NCBI GenBank assembly: GCA_000008085.1
Contig: AE017199.1
Span: 1-32,000, forward strand
Direction of reading: 5' to 3'
DNA length: 32,000 nucleotides
Source of the DNA: Nanoarchaeum equitans Kin4-M
Lineage (GTDB): Archaea > Nanobdellota > Nanobdellia > Nanobdellales > Nanoarchaeaceae
This document shows positions 8,442-16,353 of the stretch, in pieces (position 1 is the stretch's first letter; every line of letters starts with the position of its first letter). The notes beneath the pieces are model-generated. The model had not been told where the DNA came from. It made no database searches and worked only from the letters and a program-made list of their open reading frames with translations. The position numbers and the translations under genes are program-made.

Positions 8442-8728
8442 TAGCTTATAGCAATTAGTTTACCTTTCCCTTCTAGTTTAGCATAAACTATCGCTTTTGG
8501 TTCGGTATAATTATTGTATTCTCCATGCGCTTTAAATTCTATTCTCGCTATATGGGTTGGCTCTTTTCCCTCTGGTTCGAAATATAAGTCTACCCATTGT
8601 ATATGGTGGGAAGGCTCATTGGGATGTTTCACTTCTTTGCCAACTTCTATTGTAATTTTATATAATTCGCCCTCTTTTTCTATCTCTATTATAGGGGAAT
8701 GTTTTGGATTGTATTCGGTTTTGATCAT
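8399..8728 (-). CDS. Superoxide reductase (neelaredoxin/desulfoferrodoxin family)
   Basis: 109 aa with KHPNEPSHHIQWVDLYF and SYCTLHGLW, the His4-Cys iron-site motifs. Confidence 0.9.
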   Translation of the reverse strand: MIKTEYNPKHSPIIEIEKEGELYKITIEVGKEVKHPNEPSHHIQWVDLYFEPEGKEPTHIARIEFKAHGEYNNYTEPKAIVYAKLEGKGKLIAISYCTLHGLWKTEKEL

Positions 8729-8774
8729 TGTTATAACTAAGTGTGATATTTAAAGGGGAAAAAACTGAAAATTA

Positions 8775-9815
8775 ATGAAAAAAATTGCGGTTTTTGTTCC
8801 CCATTCTATATACCCAAATTTTGGTGGGGCGGTTAGATGTTATGAGTTATTAAAAAGACTTGACAAGCGATTCCGTTTAATAATATTCTCCTTATCAGAA
8901 AAATTTGAAATAAAACGAATATGGGATAACTCCATTTTAATTGAGTACCCTAAAGGAATATTGCCTACTATAATGTTTTTTCGTATTGTTAAACAATTTA
9001 ATCCCGATTTGGTTATAGTTGAGTATACATCTATCTATTCTTTCTTCCCAACCATCATTGGTAAGTTATATGGGAAACCTGTTATATTGGATGCGCACAA
9101 TGTAGAATATGTATTTAAAAGGGGTAGGCTACCCTCCTTTTTATTACCTTTGTTTTTCTTGAATGAACTATTATTGTCTAAGTTGTCTGACATATTATTA
9201 GTAGTATCTAAACTTGATAAAAAGATATTTGAACTTTTATATAACATAGATAGGATTGTTGTTATACCCAATGGTGTAAACCCCGACAGGTTTTCTAATA
9301 ATGAAACAAAAAGTAATTGTGCCGTATTTCATGGAGATTACAATTATGATGCCAATAGGGAAGCTATAAACTTTATATTAGATCTGGCAAAGGAATTACC
9401 AGAAATAGAATTTGTAATCTTTGGTAGAGATACGAATAAAGTAAAACCAAAATCTAAAAATGTAAAAGTGTTAGGAGAAGTTGCATATGAAGAGATACCA
9501 AGAATTTTACAAAAATGTAAAATTGCAGTAGTCCCTCTATTTAGAGGGTCTGGCACTAGTTTAAAAATCCTAGAATACCTTTCAGCAGGTTTAACGATTG
9601 TTGCTACCAAAATAGCTGTCCGAGGTTTGCCTTTAAAAGAAGGTACACATTACTATAAAGCTGAAACAGAAGAAGAATTTGTAGAAAAAATAAAATATGC
9701 ATTAGAACACCCAACTAAGCAATATAGTGTTATAGAATTTTCCTGGGACAATATAAGTAAAAAACTAATAAAAACTATAGAAAAAGTAATAAATGTCCGT
9801 ACTAAACAAGATTAA
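8775..9815 (+). CDS. GT4-like family glycosyltransferase
   Basis: 346 aa with DAHNVEY, IVVIPNGVNPDRF, VFHGDYNYDANREAINF, PLFRGSGTSLKILEYLSAGLTIVAT. Confidence 0.88.
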   Translation: MKKIAVFVPHSIYPNFGGAVRCYELLKRLDKRFRLIIFSLSEKFEIKRIWDNSILIEYPKGILPTIMFFRIVKQFNPDLVIVEYTSIYSFFPTIIGKLYGKPVILDAHNVEYVFKRGRLPSFLLPLFFLNELLLSKLSDILLVVSKLDKKIFELLYNIDRIVVIPNGVNPDRFSNNETKSNCAVFHGDYNYDANREAINFILDLAKELPEIEFVIFGRDTNKVKPKSKNVKVLGEVAYEEIPRILQKCKIAVVPLFRGSGTSLKILEYLSAGLTIVATKIAVRGLPLKEGTHYYKAETEEEFVEKIKYALEHPTKQYSVIEFSWDNISKKLIKTIEKVINVRTKQD

Positions 9816-10833
9816 AACAGTATTAACTACCCCTATAAGAGATATCGAAGGAAGACTAAAAAAAGGTTATTATTTTTTGAGCCTAGAGATATCCTTAACC
9901 TATTTGTGTAATTCGCGTTGTACCTTTTGCAATATATGGAAAATTTATAAGGAAAACCCCAATTTATTGAAAAAAGAACTTTCTAAAGAGGAGTGGATTG
10001 ATTTTCTATCAAAAAATAATAAATATCTAGCATGGGTCTCTCTTACAGGGGGAGAACCCTTACTAAAAGATGGGGCAATAGATATTATTAACTATTTGCT
10101 GAACAATGGCAAAAATGTTGAAATAACGACTAATGCAATAGCATACAAATATATAATAGGAAACCTAGAAAAAATAAAAAATAAAAAGAAATTGTTTGTT
10201 GGTGTGTCTCTTGATGGACCCAAGGAAATACATGATAAGCTTAGAGGAGTTCCGGGAAATTTTGACAATGCCATAAAGCTATTGGAATGGTTAGAACAAA
10301 ACAATTTTAATTTTGGAATCTCTGTAACAATTTCATACCAAAATGCTCCATATATCATGGAATTGTTTGAATTTTTAGAAAAAAGGGGCTGGATTGATAA
10401 AGTATCCTTTAGAGTAGCTACTATATCCCAATATTATAGAAATGAGCAAAAAATAGTTATAACAAAAGAGCATATACAGTCTATAAAAGAGGCATTATTA
10501 AAAATTTACAAAGGATATCCTCGTTTTAGGAAGGACAAATTCTATTTCGGAAATCTATTATTTTTAGAAGGTAAGATAGATTTTGATTGCGTAGCGGGTA
10601 GAAATTTCTTATTTATAGATCCATATGGCAATGTTTATCCTTGTCTCTATAGATTGGATAAAAAATTGGGAAACATAAAAGAGAATCCAAATTTGTTAAA
10701 TTACTTAGGGAAATTCAAAAGGGATTGCAAATGTTGGAGTGAATGCCATTACCTACCGGCTAGGAGGAGTAGTACAAAGGAGCTATTATCATATATTTGG
10801 TTTCGACTTTTTTCTAACAAAAAACATCTCTAA
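9793..10833 (+). CDS. Radical SAM protein with SPASM-like C-terminal cysteine cluster
   Basis: 346 aa with TYLCNSRCTFCNIWK (CxxxCxxC), WVSLTGGEPLLK, and C-terminal DCVAGRNFLFIDPYGNVYPC...CKCWSECHYLPARR. Overlaps the upstream glycosyltransferase by 23 nt. Confidence 0.85.
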   Translation: MSVLNKIKTVLTTPIRDIEGRLKKGYYFLSLEISLTYLCNSRCTFCNIWKIYKENPNLLKKELSKEEWIDFLSKNNKYLAWVSLTGGEPLLKDGAIDIINYLLNNGKNVEITTNAIAYKYIIGNLEKIKNKKKLFVGVSLDGPKEIHDKLRGVPGNFDNAIKLLEWLEQNNFNFGISVTISYQNAPYIMELFEFLEKRGWIDKVSFRVATISQYYRNEQKIVITKEHIQSIKEALLKIYKGYPRFRKDKFYFGNLLFLEGKIDFDCVAGRNFLFIDPYGNVYPCLYRLDKKLGNIKENPNLLNYLGKFKRDCKCWSECHYLPARRSSTKELLSYIWFRLFSNKKHL

Positions 10834-11036
10834 GCATTCATTTAGTTGGTTATTTTGAAAGTATTTAAAAGATAAGGGAATTGGTATCTCTCCATATCGT
10901 GGCACTATATTTGGATTAAACCTATAAAGTAGCTCTCTTAGTTTCTCCAATTCAAAACTTAAAGTAAAGGGCAAATATGATCCGTATAATTTAATAATAT
11001 AGTTAGTTCGGTAAATTTGAATATGTGTTAAATAAT

Positions 11037-11984
11037 TTATTCCTCTTTGCAAATTTCTCCCTTTTTGATAGCAATTAGAGTTTTAATTCCAACTATTGTT
11101 AACAATATTGTGGCCAAACTTTCTATTGCTATTGCTAAGTCTATAAACAAAGGCATCTTAGTTAGATGGTAATACAAAATTGTTGCTATAGTTAAAGCAT
11201 CTATTGGAAATATGTAAGCCCACCAGGTTAGTTTAAATCTTATTTTAACGAATCTATCAATCAAAGTTACTAGTAATAATAAGAAAGCTAAAGCTGTAAA
11301 ATATAATATATTGGCGATACTATCTAAAGAGTGGGTTATTTTTATATAGCTAATAAACCCTACAGATGGAGGAGCTAGCAAAATAAATAATGAAGGCAAT
11401 AACGCCTCTGGCAATGGTTCATGGAAGAATTTTCTATAAAATAGAATAGTTGTTAAAATTATCCAAAATATTATTCCTATAGAGAAGAAGAACCAATTAA
11501 ATATTCCTAAAATTTGGTTTATAGGGGTTATTGGAACCAATATATTACCAACTATTGGTATATACCATGTTGGTGTTATAGTTGATAAATGTAGATCTTT
11601 TGTAATCCAAGTTCTTAGGTTAAAATATGTGAAAAGCAGATGTATCATAGTGCCTGCAATTGCTAAGGGTAAGGCAAAGTTACATTTTAATATTCCAAAA
11701 GATATAGAATCTATTAGTAAAGCTATAGAAAATAAAGGCAACATCGATAATTTTATTGGATTATTTATGTCTTTCAAAAACTCTTGTTTGAAAAATACAA
11801 TTTTTGCCAAATATAATATGGCTATTACTATTAAAGAAATAAAGGAAAGCCAAGCTAATCCTAAGCCTATCGATTTTAGATAGGGAAATAGTTCTGCCAA
11901 TCTTAAATAAGCTATTGATAAACCTCCAATCCCAACAGGGATAGCAAAAAACCCAGGTTGGAAATATCTAATTCTGCATGTCAT
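11037..11984 (-). CDS. TehA/SLAC1-like membrane transporter (TDT family)
   Basis: 315 aa, about 10 hydrophobic segments, N-terminal FQPGFFAIPVGIGGLSIAY and internal FPIDALTIATILYY typical of the family. Confidence 0.7.
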   Translation of the reverse strand: MTCRIRYFQPGFFAIPVGIGGLSIAYLRLAELFPYLKSIGLGLAWLSFISLIVIAILYLAKIVFFKQEFLKDINNPIKLSMLPLFSIALLIDSISFGILKCNFALPLAIAGTMIHLLFTYFNLRTWITKDLHLSTITPTWYIPIVGNILVPITPINQILGIFNWFFFSIGIIFWIILTTILFYRKFFHEPLPEALLPSLFILLAPPSVGFISYIKITHSLDSIANILYFTALAFLLLLVTLIDRFVKIRFKLTWWAYIFPIDALTIATILYYHLTKMPLFIDLAIAIESLATILLTIVGIKTLIAIKKGEICKEE

Positions 11985-12030
11985 AAATAAATTGAATATA
12001 TGATTTTAAATTTATTTTTAGAAAAGCATT

Positions 12031-13089
12031 ATGCGTATTACCGTTATAGATTATTTCAAAGACATAGAAGATATTATTGGTATAACCGCCAAATCAACCC
12101 AAAGTTTGTTCCCTCCATCAGAATTAGAGATAGATCAAAAAGATATAGACGATATGTTAAAATATACTGTAGAGCACAAACTTTCTTCAGTATTAGATTT
12201 CCCATACTATATTATAGAGATTTATGGAGTTTCAAGAAGCTTTACCCATCAATGGGTTAGGCATAGATTATCTTCTCACATGCAACAAAGCTTAAGGTAT
12301 GTTAAAATAATTGATGAGAAGGTTTTAGAGTTATATGAAAGTGATAAAAGAATAGACCTTATTACATATGTGCCAAAATGGTTTGTAATCCCTCCAAGCA
12401 TTTTAATTTCTGGGAAAGAAGCGATTATAAAATATATAGAAGCTATGATTAATAGTTCTAAAGCTTATTTAGAATTACTAAACTACAAAATTCCAGAAGG
12501 AAATAGCTTTAACCATTGGTTTTTAACAAAAAATAGGGAGTATATTCCAAAAGAAGATGCTAGGTTTGCATTACCAATAGGTACAAAAACTTTTGTCACT
12601 ACTGCTGCAGATGCTGAAGAATGGTTGCATATTATGAAAGTTAGATGTTGTATGGACGCCCAATGGGAAATAAGAATTACCGCTTGGACTATAGGATTTT
12701 TGTTATATTTATTGCATCCAAGGATTTTCTATAGATTTGGGCCATGGTGTATACAAGAAAGATGCAGAGGTTTCTCAATAAAAAGGGATCCAACGTGTAT
12801 AAAAAACATATTTAATTTGAAGGAAACATTAAAAGAAATATCAAACAAAATTAGGGAGCATTTTATTAATAGAGAGGATGGAGAAATAGAAACACCTTTG
12901 GGAAGAATTAAGTTTTATATCGAAAACAAAAAATGGGATTTCTTTACTATAGATTTAACTGATATATTTGGGTATAGAACTAGTGAAGAAATTAAAAAAG
13001 AAGTTATTGATTATTTTGAATCACAAGGAATAAAATTGGATAAAAATTTGTTAGATTTTGAAGTTATAGGAAGGATAAGGTATATCTAA
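12031..13089 (+). CDS. thyX: Flavin-dependent thymidylate synthase
   Basis: 352 aa with the ThyX signature QWVRHRLSSHMQQSLRYV, PKEDARFALP and C-terminal extension after the catalytic domain. Confidence 0.92.
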   Translation: MRITVIDYFKDIEDIIGITAKSTQSLFPPSELEIDQKDIDDMLKYTVEHKLSSVLDFPYYIIEIYGVSRSFTHQWVRHRLSSHMQQSLRYVKIIDEKVLELYESDKRIDLITYVPKWFVIPPSILISGKEAIIKYIEAMINSSKAYLELLNYKIPEGNSFNHWFLTKNREYIPKEDARFALPIGTKTFVTTAADAEEWLHIMKVRCCMDAQWEIRITAWTIGFLLYLLHPRIFYRFGPWCIQERCRGFSIKRDPTCIKNIFNLKETLKEISNKIREHFINREDGEIETPLGRIKFYIENKKWDFFTIDLTDIFGYRTSEEIKKEVIDYFESQGIKLDKNLLDFEVIGRIRYI

Positions 13090-13344
13090 TTCTTAAATTC
13101 TGGGGAAAGAGCCCTTTAATTTACTATTATAGAATAATGAAAAAATCTGCAATGTTTTAATAGCATTCCAAAATTTCTTTGGAAATCCTTTTATATGTGA
13201 ATGTAGTAAAATATGGCTATAGCATTAAGGTTTTCTAATAGTCTGTTAAAATAAAGAAAGGTAAAATTTATTTAACTTTAGACATAGGATTTCTAATGGT
13301 TGGTTACAGAATCTCCTCATTCGCATCTGTATAAACACGACTCC

Positions 13345-13590
13345 TTATTTTACCTTATATATAGGAATTTTCTTTCTATATGCATAAAGAATTAAGAAAA
13401 ATATGGACCATATTAAAACTATTACCAAAAACAATATTCCCTGTTCAAATATACTTTTGGGTTGCTTTTCCAAAATGGACAATATTATAATTATCGTAAC
13501 AAAGATAGAAACTATTAATCCCATTAATAATTGAAATTTTGTAACATAAACTTCCATTTGTTTAATACTATTCCAATTCTTTAAATACAT
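13345..13590 (-). CDS. Small two-transmembrane protein of unknown function
   Basis: 81 aa ORF with two long hydrophobic stretches, in the gap between thyX and the CRISPR array. Confidence 0.4.
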   Translation of the reverse strand: MYLKNWNSIKQMEVYVTKFQLLMGLIVSIFVTIIIILSILEKQPKSIFEQGILFLVIVLIWSIFFLILYAYRKKIPIYKVK

Positions 13591-13652
13591 TTGCTATCCC
13601 TAGTATTAGAAATGTGTAAGCACTAATGATTGGGAGAAAATAGTCGTAGAAA

Positions 13653-14585
13653 ACTTCGACATTTCTAATATTCTAGAAACGCAACAATTTTGACTGAAGA
13701 AGAACTAAAGCTATTCGCCTTTCAATATTTCTAATATATTAGAAACGTGTCCAATGAATTAGTGTCTATATTATTATTATAGATAACTTTCAATATTTCT
13801 AATATATTAGAAACTTCTTTCGAATACGCTCCAAACACCGATTTCAATTCCTCTCTTTCAATATTTCTAATATATTAGAAACATCAAAATGAGAACGGAA
13901 AAATAACTGTTAAATTGAAAGTCTTTCAATATTTCTAATATATTAGAAACTAGCCAGCAGAATAGAAACTGCAGTAAATGATGCCTTCCTTTCAATATTT
14001 CTAATATATTAGAAACAGATAAAGTTATTGAAATAGTAGATTATAATAGAAGATGCTTTCAATATTTCTAATATATTAGAAACCTTCTAAAAAAGTCTAT
14101 TTTTCATTAACTCCGTCCGCACTCTTTCAATATTTCTAATATATTAGAAACACTATCGTATACTTGATCGAATGTTGATTTGAATGTTTTTCTTTCAATA
14201 TTTCTAATATATTAGAAACCTTTCCTTCTTTCAGTAAATTTATTACATCGTCCTGTGTGCTTTCAATATTTCTAATATATTAGAAACTATTCGCCCTCTA
14301 TCGGGTTTGCTTTAATAAACTCTTTCGCTACTATGTCCTCCTCTTTAGTATAACTTTCAATATTTCTAATATATTAGAAACTGTTGTGTGTTGTTGCCTA
14401 TATAATATATGATGTTGTGCTCTTTCAATATTTCTAATATATTAGAAACTTCTATATCATATTTATATGCATATAGTCCCAGTTTGAGACTTTCAATATT
14501 TCTAATATATTAGAAACGGAACATTTTGTTTTCCTTGAGCAAACTAAATACATCGTCCTTTCAATATTTCTAATATATTAGAAAC
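13653..14585 (-). CRISPR. CRISPR array: 13 identical 28-nt repeats plus one degenerate distal repeat, 13 spacers
   Basis: Plus-strand repeat CTTTCAATATTTCTAATATATTAGAAAC at 13719, 13787, 13855, 13923, 13989, 14056, 14124, 14192, 14260, 14354, 14422, 14490, 14558; degenerate copy (22/28 by eye) at 13653..13680. Spacers 38-40 nt except one of 66 nt. Minus-strand repeat ends ATTGAAAG (canonical crRNA 5' handle) and the degenerate copy is leftmost, so the array reads right to left. Confidence 0.99.
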
Positions 14586-14871
14586 CCACAGGGCTATTCG
14601 AGCCTTTTCCCTTATATTTACAATTACGAACCTTATTATTTAAAAACCTTCTGCGAGGTTTTATAGTAAAAATATTTAAAAACCCCTGCAGAAAGCAACT
14701 TTCACTATTCCTTTTGGTTTCGAATAAGTATGTCTCGATCTAGCCTTAAACATAGAAAAATAATACTAAACAAAATAAAAGCAAGTAAATCAAATTATAT
14801 TAGAATAAAACCAAATAATTCCTAAATATTCAAATCGAAGTTATTAGAAATATCAATTATTAAACAAAAAT
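14586..14871 (-). promoter_or_regulatory. CRISPR leader region
   Basis: AT-rich noncoding region between the array and cas2, opposite the degenerate repeat. Contains two copies of TATTTAAAAACC (14637..14648 and 14673..14684) and the inverted repeat AAAACCT/AGGTTTT (14643..14649/14656..14662). Confidence 0.75.
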
Positions 14872-15129
14872 CTAATATATTTGTAAATCTTTGTCTTCGC
14901 CAAGAACTATTTTATCCATAAGGCAACTTTTATCTCGCAGAACATATATTATTAAGGAATCAGTTTCCCCAATATAGGATTGCAATATCTTTTTCATATA
15001 ATATAAAGAAGAAGGGCTTATTTCCCCTTCAAACACAGATCTTTGCACATGGTATAAATATTTCCTTAAAAACTCTCTTATTTGGTTTTGCCTACTAACA
15101 TTTACATCATAAACCACTATCGCATACAT
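14872..15129 (-). CDS. cas2: CRISPR-associated endoribonuclease/adaptation protein Cas2
   Basis: MYAIVVYDVNVSRQNQIREFLRKYLYHVQRSVFEGEIS... typical Cas2. The track start at 15147 adds six residues; the internal Met at 15129 fits the family N-terminus better. Confidence 0.93.
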   Translation of the reverse strand: MYAIVVYDVNVSRQNQIREFLRKYLYHVQRSVFEGEISPSSLYYMKKILQSYIGETDSLIIYVLRDKSCLMDKIVLGEDKDLQIY

Positions 15130-15156
15130 GTTTATTTTATATTGCATTTTCTATAA

Positions 15157-16158
15157 ATGAAAACTATATACATACTTAGTATAGGCAAACTTTATAGGGG
15201 TAAGAATGGCCTTTACTTTATTAACAAAGACAAAAAGAAAAGTCCCATACCTTTGGAAAGCATAAAAGAGATATTTATCCTAAACAAAGTTTCTGTAACC
15301 TATAATGCTTTAAAACTATTAGCAGATAGAAATATTCCAATACATTTCTTTTATGAAAATACTAAAAAAGGAATATCCTATTATTTGGGTTCTTTCTTAC
15401 CGAGGCAAAAGACAAAATCTGGTTTAGTTTTAGTAAAACAAGTTGAGGCATATAAAGATATAGAAAAAAGAACAGAAATAGCATTAGAGATAGTTGATGC
15501 TATTAGATATAATTGTATAAAGGTTTTAGAAAAATACCACATTGATGAAGTAAAAGAGTTAAGAAAAATAGATGTTTGGAAAATGTTTGAAGAAAGTTTA
15601 AATGACTGGAAAGATGCCATAAATATAATAAGGGGTATAGAGAGTAATATATGGAATCTATTTTACCAAGGTTTAGATAAAATATTAAAACTATATAAAT
15701 TAGAGAGAAGAACTAGGAGGCCTCCTAAAAATGAGGCTAATACTATTGTAAGTTTTGCAAACACTTTATTATATGGAGTAACTTTAACAGAAATATACAA
15801 AACCCATTTGGATCCAACTATATCTTTTTTGCATGAATTAAGAGATACAAGGTATTCTTTAGCTTTAGATTTGTCTGAAAATTTCAAACCAATAATTACT
15901 TTTAGAATTTTGATTTGGCTAGTAAACCAAGGAATTATAAAGGATACACATTTTGTTAAAGGTTTAAATGGAGTTTTGTTAAATGAGCAAGGCAAAAAAT
16001 TAGTAATCAAAGAATTTAATAAAAGATTGGACGAAACTATTAAATTGAAAAGCGGGTTAAAGAGAAGCATGAGATGGTATATAAAAGCACAAGCCTATAA
16101 TTTAGAAAGGTTTTTGTTAGATGGTAGAAAATTCAAAGCTTTTAGGTTAATTTATTAA
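15157..16158 (+). CDS. cas1: CRISPR-associated integrase Cas1
   Basis: 333 aa with MKTIYILSIGKLYRGKNGLYF, ANTIVSFANTLLYG, LDPTISFLHELRDTRYSLALDLSENFKP, the conserved Cas1 core. Confidence 0.97.
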   Translation: MKTIYILSIGKLYRGKNGLYFINKDKKKSPIPLESIKEIFILNKVSVTYNALKLLADRNIPIHFFYENTKKGISYYLGSFLPRQKTKSGLVLVKQVEAYKDIEKRTEIALEIVDAIRYNCIKVLEKYHIDEVKELRKIDVWKMFEESLNDWKDAINIIRGIESNIWNLFYQGLDKILKLYKLERRTRRPPKNEANTIVSFANTLLYGVTLTEIYKTHLDPTISFLHELRDTRYSLALDLSENFKPIITFRILIWLVNQGIIKDTHFVKGLNGVLLNEQGKKLVIKEFNKRLDETIKLKSGLKRSMRWYIKAQAYNLERFLLDGRKFKAFRLIY

Positions 16159-16353
16159 ATTTTCCTTATTACTATACAAAAGACTATTTTGTTTCGGTTT
16201 TCTTTTTGATGTGGTTTGTTTGTAATTCCAAAAAGCCTAAAATAACTCTTTAGTTTCTAATAATTTTGTATATTTAGACAATGCTTTAAGACCAACATAT
16301 TAAGTTGATTATAGCCAAACCAAGAATTTAAAATATAAAAACAAAGATAATTA

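Noticed and set aside
10789-11052. ORF - 87 aa between the radical SAM and TehA-like genes
   Set aside because: Overlaps the 3' end of the radical SAM gene on the opposite strand and has no recognisable motif. It could be a gene remnant but I cannot support it.
12000-12260. ORF + 86 aa overlapping the thyX start
   Set aside because: Out of frame with the unmistakable ThyX coding sequence; Arg/Tyr-rich composition typical of a shifted frame.
13100-13344. Possible additional CRISPR repeats or a mobile element left of the array
   Set aside because: AT-rich intergenic sequence with isolated TTTCTAAT words but no 28-nt spaced repeat, transposase or inverted ends.
15381-16070. Minus-strand ORFs inside cas1 (15381..15620, 15663..16070)
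   Set aside because: Antisense shadows of the confirmed cas1 frame.
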